Source: Fistulifera solaris
Taxonomy: Eukaryota
DNA length: 64,000 nucleotides
Assembly (NCBI GenBank): GCA_030295235.1
Contig: AP026141.1
Location: 186,001-250,000 of the forward strand
Direction: 5' to 3'
The translations under genes and the position numbers were made by a program. The first letter of the stretch is position 1. Each line of letters starts with the position of its first letter. Under the pieces are notes generated by a model that searched no databases, was not told the DNA's origin, and was given only the letters and a program-made list of their open reading frames with translations. This document shows, one piece after another, positions 26,101 to 38,215 of the stretch.

Positions 26101-26709
26101 AATGTCCAAGGTTCGGTACGGCAGATTGCGATAATCCTTTTGCGTCGCTTGTCCGGCCCCCACAGAAGAGGAAAGACTCACAGCGGAAATTTCTCCTTTG
26201 TTATTCTTTCGCGATTTGAACGTATCAAACGGATCCTCCCATTGCATCACCGGTGTACTCCCCGTATCCTCATTGCTCGTACTAACAAGCAACGCGTTGT
26301 CTTCGTCTTCATCGACTTCCACATCGTGCAGAAATCCTCCTGGCGAGACCACCATGTACCGATAATAATGATGCTGCACCGTCTTTCGCGAGTTGTGTAT
26401 GACAATCACCACAGGCTTGCGAGTTCTCCAAATTGGATATTCTTCGGGGGTCGTCACCATTTCTACCGAGCTGGTGTAAAGTGCATTGAGATTCAAAATA
26501 CCATGATCTTCCTCAGAAGACACCGGAAACGCACTTTGCTCCACTTTTCCCACCGCGGGGACGGCATCCAGCGGATCGGTGGCTTGCGTTCCGGGCGCCC
26601 ACAGCGTGCTTCCTGTGACGCGCAAAAACGAACCAATGGGAACTTCCGCATGGCATTTGAAGTGCACGCGGACTACGGCGCCCGTAGCATCGTTCTTTGA
26701 AGAGACCAT
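23120..26709 (-). CDS. CBM20 + trehalose-6-phosphate synthase + phosphatase (TPS/TPP)-like protein; intron 25908-25986, apparent frameshifts near 25195 and 23188
   Basis: N-terminal VRVHFKCHAE..G..LRVTGS..YPIWRT (CBM20-like). YYGFCKQVLWPAFH, WVHDYHL, LHIPFPTSQVFR, ADVIGFH, REGLNL, SEF, GALRINPYD. HAD domain FLDFNGT, VVSG, NKG, GDDISDE. Confidence 0.92.
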
Positions 26710-27216
26710 TCTTTTTCACGACACGATGTCTCCGCTTCTACGTCTCTCACTCTTCTTAAGCGGCGATTGAATTAACTTTTTTAACTCTGATCAAACTGCT
26801 ATAGAGTCTTTTAAAAACTATTTGATCTTTCTACTAATGTTTAGAAGACTTTGTTTGCACCATTGTCACTGCGATGAAGGCGTGTCAGTGTCAAAAAATA
26901 AAAGTGCGTGCGGTGCGCCTCTAAGGTCGGCGCGGGTGAAGGACAAACCGCCGCGATTAAAAGATCTGTCCCGTCTAATTTGAGTCGCGTTTATTTTTAA
27001 GGAGATACTCCGTGATATTTTCGCTAGCTTGGAGGGCGAAAAGAAACAAGCCATCCGTATCACAAAGTACGTAAGTATAGCCACCTTTAAAAAAGATGTC
27101 ATTCGTTTTCCGTTTTGTTGTGAGTGAGAAACCGAAGACTCGGGACAATCTACATTGTGGGATAGATTAGTCAGAGATATTTGATTTAACTTTATGTTGA
27201 TAAATGAAGAGTTCAT

Positions 27217-28752
27217 CTAAGACGATTCCGAGTCGCTGTCAGGCTTGATCGGTCGACGTGGGCGCGGAGCGATTTTCTTCTTGAAGCCTTCATTGATGTA
27301 TTTTTGCATTTTAGCCACATTCACCATTCTGCCGCTGACCGACCATGGTAGCAGATCGACATCCTCGACACGAACGCCAGAGGAGGCAGGCATGCCTGCT
27401 ACTCGTTGCTTCATGTCATCTTTCGACGGCATAGCCATTCGAGTGTACCACCCATAGGCGCGTTCGCGGCGGGCATTCTCCGACATGTCCAAGCCGGCGC
27501 CCCCGTTTATTTTACTCTCGAACTCTTTCATTTTCTTTGTATCCGATTCGCGCTCTTTCGCTTGTTCTTTGGCGCGTATACGCTCGCGTACCTTCGCCAG
27601 TCTCATTTCGCGCTTGTCCCTTAATACAGCCATTTCGGAACGAGGCCGTTTCGGAAAGTCTTTGTAGTTTTTGCTTTCATCCTCAATGCTGATATCTCCG
27701 ATCACAGTATCGTCGATGTCATCCATGGATCCTAAAAGATCTTTATTCATTCCGTGAATAATGTTTTCACATGATTTGAGGCTGTGTTGCGAAGAATTTA
27801 ACTCGTCGCGTCGTTTTTTCACTTCGTCTTCCACGTGTTTTATCATTAGTTGAGAATGAGCAAGACTGGGTTCATTTGAAACTATTCTGGTTGACTCCTT
27901 TTCAGGAGACAGTTCCACTGGTTTGGAAAAGAATCGTTTGTATGCGTCTTCGCTTATTCCAGGAGGGGCAAGTTCATTCGAGTCTTTTCTCGACTGTTTT
28001 GACGAAGACTTCTTTATCGTCGACTTTGGTTCACTCTCGTCAGAAGATTCGGAATCAGACTCGTTTACAATGATCTTTTTGGTTGCCTGTTTTACTGCTG
28101 GCTTTTTCAAATCACTTGATCGACTCTTGCTGTGAGAACCGTTCGGGCTGGATTTATCTGCTGAGGATTGTTTCTTTTCCGATTTTGCTGGAGTCTTTTT
28201 CATCGCCGACTTCGTTTTCGGTTCACTTTCGTTGGAAGAGTCGTCTGAGTCCGACGACTCTATTACAGTCTTCTTCAACGCCGATTTTGTCGCAGGTTTC
28301 TTCGCAGCCGACTTAACGTGTCGGTCACTGTCGTCGGAGGAATTGGACTTGATTGCAGGCTTCTTCAACGCCGGTTTCTTCATCGCAGACTTTACTTTTC
28401 GCTCACTTTCGTCGGAAGAGTCCTCCGAGTCCGACACTATTGCTGCAGTCTTCTTCATTGCCGACTTTAATTTCGGTTTGCTCTCTTCGGATGATTCGCT
28501 CGAGTCGGATTCAAAACTATCCGAAGAAGCGGAAGACTCGGACTCCAAAGTGACCTTTCCCTTCTTGTTGTTAAATGAGGATTCCTCAGATGTGACGTCC
28601 GTCGAATCTTCATCGCTTGACGATGAGTCTTCGGAAGAGGAAACTTCATCAGACCACCGACCAGAGTCATCTTTGAAGTCTTCGATCTCGAGCGAAGAGA
28701 CAGTGTCTTCGTCGGAGTCTGTCTCGGATCCTGACGACGACGAGGAGGACAT
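27217..28752 (-). CDS. Ser/Asp/Lys-rich low-complexity protein with a conserved C-terminal W-Y...P...DLLPW domain (paralog 1)
   Basis: Uninterrupted 511-aa ORF. Shares LxPPGISxxAxxxFF, LxxSQHSLK, RLxKVRERIR and RRERxYxWY..MPSK..(D/E)LLPW with the neighbouring gene. Confidence 0.85.
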   Translation of the reverse strand: MSSSSSSGSETDSDEDTVSSLEIEDFKDDSGRWSDEVSSSEDSSSSDEDSTDVTSEESSFNNKKGKVTLESESSASSDSFESDSSESSEESKPKLKSAMKKTAAIVSDSEDSSDESERKVKSAMKKPALKKPAIKSNSSDDSDRHVKSAAKKPATKSALKKTVIESSDSDDSSNESEPKTKSAMKKTPAKSEKKQSSADKSSPNGSHSKSRSSDLKKPAVKQATKKIIVNESDSESSDESEPKSTIKKSSSKQSRKDSNELAPPGISEDAYKRFFSKPVELSPEKESTRIVSNEPSLAHSQLMIKHVEDEVKKRRDELNSSQHSLKSCENIIHGMNKDLLGSMDDIDDTVIGDISIEDESKNYKDFPKRPRSEMAVLRDKREMRLAKVRERIRAKEQAKERESDTKKMKEFESKINGGAGLDMSENARRERAYGWYTRMAMPSKDDMKQRVAGMPASSGVRVEDVDLLPWSVSGRMVNVAKMQKYINEGFKKKIAPRPRRPIKPDSDSESS

Positions 28753-29192
28753 TACGAAAGGAAGCTATTGCAGAAGACGGAACAATCCCTCCGAGCGGCC
28801 TTTCTCGCAACCGAATCAATTAATAAACAGCTTAAGCTTCTTGTTTCCTCTTTCAAACTAATGATAGCAGCTGACTGATGATTGATGATGCGTATCATCG
28901 CATTTCAGCGCGAACCACCAAAGACATAAGACAGAGCAGGTATCACCTACAGTACAGTATAGCGGGAGTGCGCAAAAAGGCATCGAGGCATTGTAGTGTA
29001 GTCTATGGAAGGGGGTCATCAGTCATAATTCATACTCCGTACATTAAGAAGTGTGAAAACCACTTGAAGCTGGCTACCAGTACGACGAAAGGTAATTTAT
29101 CCTAAGGACAAAAAGTCGATCGCCATCTTGCGTGGGTTAGTCTCTACAAATGATGTTCTAAAGCGCCAACCTCCTTAGTGCCACGCCTAGAT

Positions 29193-30155
29193 TCAATCGC
29201 TATCATCGGGATCGTTTGCCTTGGTCGTACGAAATGACTTCTTCGCAACCGAGAGCAAGTGCATCTTCCGAGGATTGACTACTCTCTCTGTAGTATTCCA
29301 AGGAAGAAGCTCAATATCTTCCGCTGTAACACCAGACGAAGGGGGGAATAGAGAGAATTTTCTCTTTCATCTCCTCCTTTGAGGGCATGGACAAGCGTTT
29401 GTACCATTCGTAACAACGTTCACGACGTCCTGCTTCAGACATGTCCAGCTCGGTGACTTGATACTTTTCCATTTGTTTCTTCTCTTCTTTAAGTCTAATG
29501 CGTTCGCGAACTTTTTCAAGCCTTTGATCGCGTTTCTGCTTTTTCAGCATCAGCTCGTTGACCTCAGGCGTAGAGATCACTTTATCCTTCTTATTCTTCT
29601 TTTCTTCCTTGTATACTTTGCTCGCATCTTTCATCTTAATGTCGTCCACGACGAACGTATCCGTGGCAATATCATCATCCCCTTTGAGATCTTCTTCGAT
29701 CTCGTCTAAAAAAACTACCGAGGGATTTTTAGACTGTGCTGCGAAAGGTTGAGATCGCTCAAGCTCTTTGTCATAAGATCGTAATGCTGCTTTAGCAAGT
29801 GATCTGTGCTATCAAGGTCACAACTGTGATCCTTGTTCGTACAATGGGTCACACTGAGGTCATCTGTTTTTAAGTCTTTCGCGAAAAAGGCCATAAAGGC
29901 TTCGTCGCTAATTCCCGGAGGTAATGCCTCGCCATTGGCAGGCTTCTTCTTGGCAAATGCATTTCGTGCCTTCTCAACATCGCTTTCATTCTCGGTGTCG
30001 GTATCGGCGAAGCTACTATCGTCATCCGAATTGTCGTCGTAGGAGTTGTAAGTCGTTCCTGTTTCTTTCGATGCCTTTGAATGAGTGGGGGAACCCATGC
30101 GAACAGGTGCACCGAAATCAACAGAACTAGAGTCAGAGGAGTCAGAATCAGACAT
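29193..30155 (-). CDS. Tandem paralog 2 of the same family; apparent frameshifts near 29720 and 29340
   Basis: ALPPGISDEAFMAFF, LNLSQHSLK, RLEKVRERIR, RRERCYEWYKRLSMPSKEEMK, then the shifted frame SSGVTAEDIELLPWNTTERVVN...DPDDSD*. Confidence 0.8.
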
Positions 30156-30775
30156 CTCTGGTGCGTTATCGGTCGGCCACTATGAGTTAAAATTTATGCT
30201 GTTGCAAAAGAAAGGTCCAGTGTGTCCCTTTGCCTGATTTTATGAGGAAATCATCACTTTCGAAAAGATGGAGAGGCGCGTATCTTCGCAGTGCTCAACT
30301 CACGTCACATTTTTTTGACTACATTCCGCTTTCCGCCGTTCTGTTCGTAGGTCATTTCGGACTTCGGGCTATCTGTTGGTACTGCGTAGTCATTGCTTAA
30401 ACATTATGACGCTTACAGTATCAGTCGAAATGTACAACCAGCAACAGTACCAATACACTTTGTGAACTTTGAACATCCGATCCATGACTCGTAACCCGTG
30501 ACCCGTGACCCGTGACCCCTCCCGCAGTTAAGGCTGCGAGTTTGCTAATTAGTTATTAAAATGTTTGGCTCACGCTTTCTGATCCAAACGGCGCATTTCC
30601 GTTCGTAACATCGTGAAAACTTGTGATTCCTCATCTCATAATCATCTTTCAAGATGAAAATCGCTCCAATCAATGGAATGCCACCCAGAACAAAAACCGG
30701 ACTGGTAATAAAAATTCTGGCTGACTGAAAGTCAGAGCGTCTTAATTGTAAAATGGGAATGCCGAAAAAGCGGAG

Positions 30776-32692
30776 CTATGAGGCCAGCAGATCCAGCTGC
30801 TTCTTTAGCTCGTCCATGCGAAGAGGTTTGCCAAGGCAGAAATTCATTCCACTGTCTTGATATTTTGCGTCATCTGCTTTACGGTAGTCAGCTGTCAAGC
30901 CTACGATAGCCAGCGCCTCTTTTGACCAACCATTGTTTCGTATCTCTTCTGTGGCTTTTAGTCCATCCATCACCGGCATCTGAACGTCCATTAGCACCAA
31001 ATCAAATTTTTCCTTCTGTACTGCTTCCACTGCCTGTGCTCCATTTTCCACAATGCATGATGTGTGGCCTAGCCGTTTGAGTTGAGAAAGCACGAGCTTC
31101 TGATTAACTTTGTTGTCTTCGGCAACCAATATGTGCAACGCACTTCGTCCGTTTTGGGCTTTGTGGAGCTCATGTTTCTTAGCTGTTTCTCCAGAAGCTC
31201 TTTCTACGGGCAATGTGAACCAAAACGTACTTCCTTTCGACAGCTCACTATCAACTCCAATCTCGCCACCAAGGGTCTCTACAATGATTGTGCAAATCGC
31301 CAATCCTAGCCCCGTACCGCCGTATGTGCGAGATATTGACGTGTCGGCCTGCTGATACTTGTCGAATATGATTCTTTGGTGCTCGGGTCGTATGCCAATA
31401 CCTGTGTCTTTGACAGCAAATCTCAGTATCATTTGGCCTTCACCGTCATCGCGAAGCTTTTTTACAGACAGCGATATTTCCCCTTTATCAGTGAACTTGA
31501 GAGCATTTTGTAGAAAATTCGTCAGGACCTGCCGCAGACGACTTGGGTCTCCGAAAACACGGGGTATGCTCGTGTCAATGTCCGAAACAAGCTTCAAACC
31601 TTTTTGTTGTGCCTGAGACTCAATCAACTTGAACGAGCTTAACGCAACTTCACACGCATCCATAGGAATGTGTTCCATTTTCACCTTTCCTGCTTCTAAT
31701 TTAGTGAAGTCCAATAAGTCGTTGACCACAGCCATTAAAGACGATGCTGACAATTCCATCAGACTGCAATATTCCTTCTGTTGGCTATTTAGCCCGGTTC
31801 CTTTTATAAGATCCAAGAACCCCAGCACTTGATGTAGCGGAGTGCGCATTTCGTGAGCCATGACTGCCACGAATTCAGACTTTGCCATGGACGCCTTCAC
31901 CGCTTTCCGTTTTGCCTTGGCATAGGCTTCCATGTTACTTTTTGCTTCCACGAGAGTCGATATGTCACGCGCGCTATACAAAATCACTGGTACGCCTTTC
32001 ACTGGATCCATCGATCTTCGTAATTGAACTGCAAACCACCGTATACCAGTCTTCGTGCGTTGTTGTATTTCGTCGTTGTAGTCCTGATGTTCGTTCATGA
32101 CACTGTCTAACACTTTTTGTCCCTCCTCTCTGTTCAGAAATCGAGAAAGCAAACTCGAGCCGGCGTTCTCCTCTTCCGCCTCTGCAGCATTCTCTGATTC
32201 TTCTCTACCGCCAAACACGTGAACAGCTTCCGGATTCTGATGAATGGCACGACCTTTGGCGGTGTACATTCCGACCGGAATCGGCTGATATCGTAACATT
32301 TCGACAGCTCTCATGGAATTTTTATGGACCGATTCTTGGGTTGTCGGCATTTCCGCAACAAACAGAAGCGGCTTGAAGCCATTCTCGACCTGAATTCGAC
32401 TCACTGTCGTACAGCAAGTCACAATACCGACGTCGTTTGGGTAAAATGTCCAAGAATCACGGACGCGGTCGACTTTTTCCAATTGCGCCGAATACTCTTC
32501 CAATCTCCGTCTCGACGTACTTGACATGTTCGCAAAGGATCGTTTCGTCAAAGCCTCCATCGATTCTGCGTTCCATAAATGCACCGCACTCTGGTTTGCC
32601 CAGAAGATAAAATTTGTTTCGTAGTCGAATACCCAGATCGGAAGTTCCAGCAGATCGAATGCCTCGAGGTCTTCTTGTTTGTAGCATTTCAT
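30776..32692 (-). CDS. Hybrid histidine kinase (PAS-like, PAS, HisKA, HATPase_c, receiver), intronless
   Basis: H-box [10 protein letters not shown]-box [27 protein letters not shown]; receiver [18 protein letters not shown]. Likely start MKCYK at 32692; the ORF is open to 32872. Confidence 0.93.
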   Translation of the reverse strand: MKCYKQEDLEAFDLLELPIWVFDYETNFIFWANQSAVHLWNAESMEALTKRSFANMSSTSRRRLEEYSAQLEKVDRVRDSWTFYPNDVGIVTCCTTVSRIQVENGFKPLLFVAEMPTTQESVHKNSMRAVEMLRYQPIPVGMYTAKGRAIHQNPEAVHVFGGREESENAAEAEEENAGSSLLSRFLNREEGQKVLDSVMNEHQDYNDEIQQRTKTGIRWFAVQLRRSMDPVKGVPVILYSARDISTLVEAKSNMEAYAKAKRKAVKASMAKSEFVAVMAHEMRTPLHQVLGFLDLIKGTGLNSQQKEYCSLMELSASSLMAVVNDLLDFTKLEAGKVKMEHIPMDACEVALSSFKLIESQAQQKGLKLVSDIDTSIPRVFGDPSRLRQVLTNFLQNALKFTDKGEISLSVKKLRDDGEGQMILRFAVKDTGIGIRPEHQRIIFDKYQQADTSISRTYGGTGLGLAICTIIVETLGGEIGVDSELSKGSTFWFTLPVERASGETAKKHELHKAQNGRSALHILVAEDNKVNQKLVLSQLKRLGHTSCIVENGAQAVEAVQKEKFDLVLMDVQMPVMDGLKATEEIRNNGWSKEALAIVGLTADYRKADDAKYQDSGMNFCLGKPLRMDELKKQLDLLAS

Positions 32693-33472
32693 TTTCAAGG
32701 TTTCTTTAGTCGCAAGGAAACGGATGTCAAAGAAGCTGTTTCGCTGTATCCAAATGAAAGGTAATTCTCTAGCGGACGGGAAGAACGCTTTCGATACGAC
32801 TAGTAGAGTTTGGCGTTGCTGTGTTGGTGTTTTGCTCCGTTTTTGCAAAGGATTGCCGATCGCCGCTGCCATAATTTATTTGACGTCGACAGTCAATGGC
32901 TACTTTTGAAAGGCGAACGGACCCGTAAATCCATAATTTTCTTATGGCTCTAGCTGGCACAATGACTAATGACTTTTTCGGCCAATTGTTTCTATAAAGT
33001 AAAAAGTAGATACATGTTCCAAAAACGTAAGCAAAATTTCCGTCTGATCTTCTGTCTCGTTTCTGGCACTCATCTGTGTATGGAACCGAAAGGTACAAAG
33101 CTGTGATGACGTGGGAAGTGTGAGAGTTCCATAAAGTAGGGACTGTTTCTGCCCCTGACATCGACGATGTCGTAAGTGTACACCAAAAGAGTCGTCATAG
33201 CGTTTCATCACAGTGGTGTGGAACATGTTCCACGTACCACACGTACGAGTACCACGTTGCACGTCCGCGTTGCACTGTTGCACTTGGTCAGCGCCTTGAT
33301 TATCCCTATCCCTGTCCCCTATCCCGACGAGATCCACCACCCAAAAAAATTCCGCCTTGCAGCTTGCAGCTTTTGCAGCTTTTCGAAGCGCAAGAGATGA
33401 AACTTTGACATTGTTTTGTGAGTTCTTGACATTCAAGTAAACAAAGAGAAGCGGTATATTTATAAGCTGGTT

Positions 33473-35496
33473 ATGTTCCATAAAGCAAATTCGAGTATCT
33501 TGAGCAATCCGCGCAAGGATGCTTCCAAAAAGGCCAAGGACGTTCCGCTGCGCAAATCGGATCGCAAAAATCTTCGACTTCGAGCCGCCTCCATGCTGAA
33601 TTGTGACGATGAAAGCCTTTTGGACCTTTGCTTTCTTGAGGGCACTCTGTTTTCGCGTCAAATGCAATTACCAGATGCGAAAGCGACACTTTACTTTCGA
33701 TCTGCTGCCGCAGAGGAGGAGGATACTGCGTGGCCTTATCATTATCATTCTCAATGTATCTGGATTGAGCTGGATTCCAAGACGTTGGTGCCTGGAAATT
33801 CCAACAAACCGGAAATAATACATGTGCCGACAGTGACGTTACTCTCTTTACTTCCTCCTGGCTCCTTGCCAGAAGTTAGAATACACCCCGAAGCTTCCAA
33901 GTTTGTGTGTCGGGGAGCGGATCTGATGAAACCCGGAATACGAGGCTGGCGACCACCGGTCAAACAACAATCACAAGCAATGCTCGCTGTGGCAGTCGCC
34001 GTTAATGGAAACTCGCAACCTCTGGCGGTGGGTCTTTTGGCGCAGGATTTGATGGAAGATTTCATGACGAATGTAAAAACGTCGGGAGTCGGAGTCACGA
34101 TTGTAACGGCTTATGGCGATGATTTGTGGAAGAATCAATTGCCTCCGTCACTGGTCGATTTGAACAGTCTTAGCTTATTTGACGGTGGACATTACGGAAA
34201 TGCTGGCTTTGTGGATGGAAAATTTGTGGCGCCTATCGATTCGTCAGGGACAGACGATGGCACAGATGACGGTGATAGCCAAGCCTCTGTTGAAGAAAAA
34301 GATGAGGAGAAGCGAGCCGAAGAAACTGATGCTGATGTTGCGTCTAACGGAGATTCTCACGAAAAACATGATACGGATGACGAGAACGGCGAAGAAGCTC
34401 AAGATGATCAAGCCTCCCCGACGACATTCTTCACGCGGCTGTTTGTAAAGCATTGAGCATGCTTCAAGCGGAAAAGAAGAAACTCTTACCCATGCGTATG
34501 GCTACTTTTTATGCACAACATGTCATACCGAACCGACAAGAAGGCACTTCCATCGAACTAAAGCGCACCAAATATAAAAAGTTTTCGGCTTACGTGGCGG
34601 AGCAGGTTGAAAATGGACTCCTTTTCGTGGGTGTTTCGCAAGAAGGCACTCGAAAAGACCCAATGGGAATGTTGATTGACTTTGATGTACGACACTCGGC
34701 TATTCAGGACTTTATCGTGTTGCGGAAAGCTTCGGAAGCCAACAAGCCACCTGATACAAAAGACAAGCGTTTGGTGCTAACACATTTGTACTGCATACCG
34801 CATCATTTTCAAGCCTTACTTCGATTGGACTCTGATGCAATCAAAGCGTCAAATGCCACTAGTGATGAGCGAAGAGGGACAGACATGCTAACTTTGAAGG
34901 AAATTCGCTCAATCCTCGACGACTATATCGACCGAGAAAACTTGGTGGATCCGTCGAACCGCAACATGATCGTAATTGATGGTCCGTTAAAAGACGCTTT
35001 GTACAAACAGAAAAAGCAGTCTGATAATGTGACGTCTATTCCTACTCATATACCACGGAAAGATATCATTACCGCGTGGACAGCCAAAATGGAAAGTGCA
35101 TTCGCTTTGGTCGAAGTCCCTGGAAATAAAGTAATTCGCATCGGCAGAGGACAGGCTCCGTGCGTTACGATCGAAGTTTCGAGAAGGCAATCCAACAAGT
35201 TCGCTACTGAAGTGCGTGGATACGAGGAGTTCGGACTGGATGCCGAAACTCTTTGTCACGAAATTTCGCAAAGATTTGCTTGTGCTGCGAAGATCGTAAC
35301 AACGCAAAGCAGTTCCAAGCGTGCGTCGACTGAGCTTCTCATACAGGGAAATCTGGCACAGGAGCTCGAGGCACTGTTAACAGGAGATGTTTCGAAAACG
35401 AAACATGGTGGCGCTAAAGATTCCCCTTATTGTTTGCCGAAAAATTCCATCCAGAAAGTACTTCGCAAAGGCGTACCCGCGAAAGGGAAGAAGTGA
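33473..35496 (+). CDS. eIF2D: eIF2D/ligatin-like translation factor (pre-PUA/PUA, SWIB, SUI1); apparent frameshift near 34418
   Basis: LRKSDRKNLR, FVCRGADLMKPG, GVGVTIVTAYGDDLW, IELKRTKYKKFS, YIDRENL..D, NKFATEVRGYEEFGLD..RFACA..LLIQGN. Confidence 0.85.
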
Positions 35497-35620
35497 TAAG
35501 CAAGATAGATATAAAGCGTACTTTAGACTTTAACTTGTCATGATGTTCATGGTGCCATTTGATACATTTACATTAGGTTCGACGCTTCATTGTTGTATGG
35601 TTTTGTACAAAAGTACACAT

Positions 35621-36596
35621 TTAGAATTTGTAGACCTGAGATGGGCTGTATCCCATTTCACCCAAAAGACCTGACACTACATCCTTATCTTCCCGCGGCC
35701 CCGTGAGTGCATTGTACATGGGAGGCGGTCCGCAGATCCAAATTTGAAACTTGGAATCATCGGATGGTTGAGGAAAGTACTTTTCGACGAGTTCTCGGTT
35801 AATGTAACCGCGCAAGCCCTTCCATTCGGTACCTTCGGGTTCATCCGACAAAATGTCGATCAGCTCGAAGCGGTCCGGATAATCCTGGGCCCATTTGTGC
35901 AACAGTTCGTAACCGAGAATATCATCCGCTACTTTGCTACCGTAGAGCATGGTGACACGCGGTGTCTTGGACGACTCGTCGCCCAAAATGGCATGGAGTG
36001 CTTGAATGAACGGAGTGATGCCTGTGTATTGAATGCGAAAGGAAAACGAGTTTTGAGCATACATCTTGGCACTTCATAACATAAGTCACAAGTTCTTTCT
36101 TACCCGTGCCTCCGACGAGCATGCAAATGCGGTCGTAATCAAACGGTGCCTGTGTTTTCACATTGAACGGAATGTGTTTGAAAGCGACTTCATCACCCAC
36201 ATTGATGCGAGAGCAAAGATAGTAGGACATGGTTCCAAATTCGGGGCCGTAATCTTTAACGAGTAGATCAAAGCTACCAATCTGCTGGTTAGTGCTAAAT
36301 GGCGTGTACGGCCGCGTCACATCTTGTCCGTCAATGTTGGCGTTGGCCAGAATGCAAGCGCAGGTACTCAAATTGAGCGGTTTGTTTTGGTCGGGAAGTC
36401 CAAAACGGAGCACACACGTCGTCGGTGAAACCTGAGTTCGTTCCAACAGAGGAACCGAGATGAGAGAATCACCGAATTGGCATTCACCGGGCGACACCAG
36501 GGCCTTGACGGGTGGTGCCAAAAGGCTGGAAGGAGTGGAATATTTCGCAGTCGCCATGACAGTTCTACTACAAGTTGATATGAGAGAAAAGAGCAT
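35621..36596 (-). CDS. NADH-cytochrome b5 reductase family; intron 36022-36103 (start at 36596 or 36557)
   Basis: RFGLP, VTRPYTP, FDLLVKDY, GTMS, spliced MLVGGTG|ITPFIQ, ICGPPPM. Confidence 0.92.
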
Positions 36597-37013
36597 CCAG
36601 TTTTTGGATATTATGGCAAGAATGGAAAGCAAAAGGTGCTTTGTGACCGAATGGTGGAGAGGCATCGGAAACGTTCTGACGTGTTGATGGGAATGGTCTC
36701 CGACTTCTCTCGAACATTCATCGGAATAATCTTTTGCTTTACGCACGACGCACGTTTCGATGGACGAAAAAAGCTCGGAGCAGCACGCGGACGTGAAAAA
36801 AAGTGACAAGAGACAAGAGACAAGAGTCGTCGGCCGAGCGGGCGCGCACTCGAGCCTCTATGTGCGATTCGTGTATCCATCGTACCGGTACTAACACTTT
36901 CCCGCTCATTTTTTTGCTCCGACACACACTCGCTATGGAACTTGTCTTTCATTATTACAGAGGCTCACCTTGGCCTTGGTGTCATTCACAACAGTTTACG
37001 AAGTTAACAAGCG

Positions 37014-37606
37014 ATGATGAGGTGCGAAGCTCACGAGCACAGCAGGAAAGGTCGATGCAGCGATTGCGACACTTGTAAACTATGCGATCCTCCGGAATCT
37101 TGTCGACAAAAGTACAACCATCCGAAATGGAAGAAGCTTCATGGGAAGCACACCGGGCCCAAATGAAACTATCCCCAGACTCCAAGCCATTGATCATAGT
37201 GGGCGCTGGTGACGACACCGACTCCGATGTATCAATGTTGGATATGATATTTAAAGAGAAACTAGTCAACCAGGAGCCGGAGGATGCGATGACAGAGGAG
37301 AAAGAGTTAACGAACAAGGAGCGGATGGTCCAGGTGTTTGAAGTACTAGAGATCGACCAAAAAGTCTTGGAACGGCTTCCCAAAGCGGGATTCAAACTGA
37401 AGAACGCGGATGTGGACAAAAAAGACAGAAACTACTTTAGGGCAAAACAGATTGTCTCGTCGGTAGTCGAACGCTTGTGCGAAGTTGTATGCCCCGGTGA
37501 TGAGCGATTTCGAGCGAAAATGGTCGACCGAAAATGGAAACGAACTACCGGGAAAGCCAAAGATAGCGAACTAATTTCTCTGGAGTCAAAAATTATAACA
37601 CCATAG
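37014..37606 (+). CDS. Hypothetical protein with an N-terminal Cys/His cluster (joined by an inferred frameshift near 37143)
   Basis: ATG at 37014 gives MMRCEAHEHSRKGRCSDCDTCKLCDPPESCRQKYNH. Adding one G in CATGGG puts it in frame with ORF 37082-37606. Confidence 0.5.
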
Positions 37607-38215
37607 CTTTCTAGTTGCCAGATACAGCGAAAGACATCTATAAATTAATTTAAGAGCTATTGAAAAATTCGCTCGGTCAGGGGAAGCAACAAGGACACAA
37701 AGACCGATAAGCCCCGTCGCTGCAATCACTGGATTATCACCCGAGTTCCATTTCGCATCTTTGAGAATGGGCAAGGCCGGTTCTTTCTTGTTCGAATGTC
37801 CCTTTGCCTTATTTTCTCGCTGCACCAACCAATCCGTAAACAGCCATCTTTCAAACTTCCTCGACGATGATGAGCTTCCTTCCCTACTTATGATAGCTTC
37901 TTCTGCGGAAAGCTCATCCAAATATTGCTTTACAGCTCCACTCCGTTTCGATAGTGCTAGTTTGGTTCGACTCACGGGTACGACCTGTTCTTGCCAAACG
38001 TAGAACGCCAAACCCGAAAGCAATACAATCGAAATCATTCCCATCAGAACAGAACCATCGGGCACAACGGGCTCGAATGTTGTCTGGGCAGCGACATTTT
38101 CTATTGTTTCGCTGGCGGTGAGGAGTGGCGACGTGAATGATGGTAGCGCCAAAGCGGAGGATGGCCCGGAAAGAATGGCTTGGGGCGAGACGACAAAAGC
38201 AGTTGCGGATTGCAT
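37586..38215 (-). CDS. Hypothetical membrane protein, possibly plastid-targeted; both termini uncertain
   Basis: ATA-FVV motif near the N-terminus, two hydrophobic helices, and conserved-looking VVPVSRTKLALSK, FERWLFTDWL and KWNSGDNPV segments. Confidence 0.65.
   Translation of the reverse strand: MQSATAFVVSPQAILSGPSSALALPSFTSPLLTASETIENVAAQTTFEPVVPDGSVLMGMISIVLLSGLAFYVWQEQVVPVSRTKLALSKRSGAVKQYLDELSAEEAIISREGSSSSSRKFERWLFTDWLVQRENKAKGHSNKKEPALPILKDAKWNSGDNPVIAATGLIGLCVLVASPDRANFSIALKLIYRCLSLYLATRKLWCYNF

Noticed and set aside
27217..28752. Silaffin-like biosilica protein (Ser/Lys-rich, KxxK motifs)
   Set aside because: No signal peptide or RxL pro-region; the composition fits an intracellular low-complexity protein.
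28232..28861. Long antisense ORFs (also 62310-63041, 47212-47697, 26140-26700)
   Set aside because: Shadows of low-complexity or genuine genes on the opposite strand.
30490..30520. (CCCGTGA)n repeat as a telomere-like or regulatory array; similar short heptamer runs near 5492, 44340 and 44612
   Set aside because: Only 3-4 copies each and not a telomeric motif; ordinary microsatellites.
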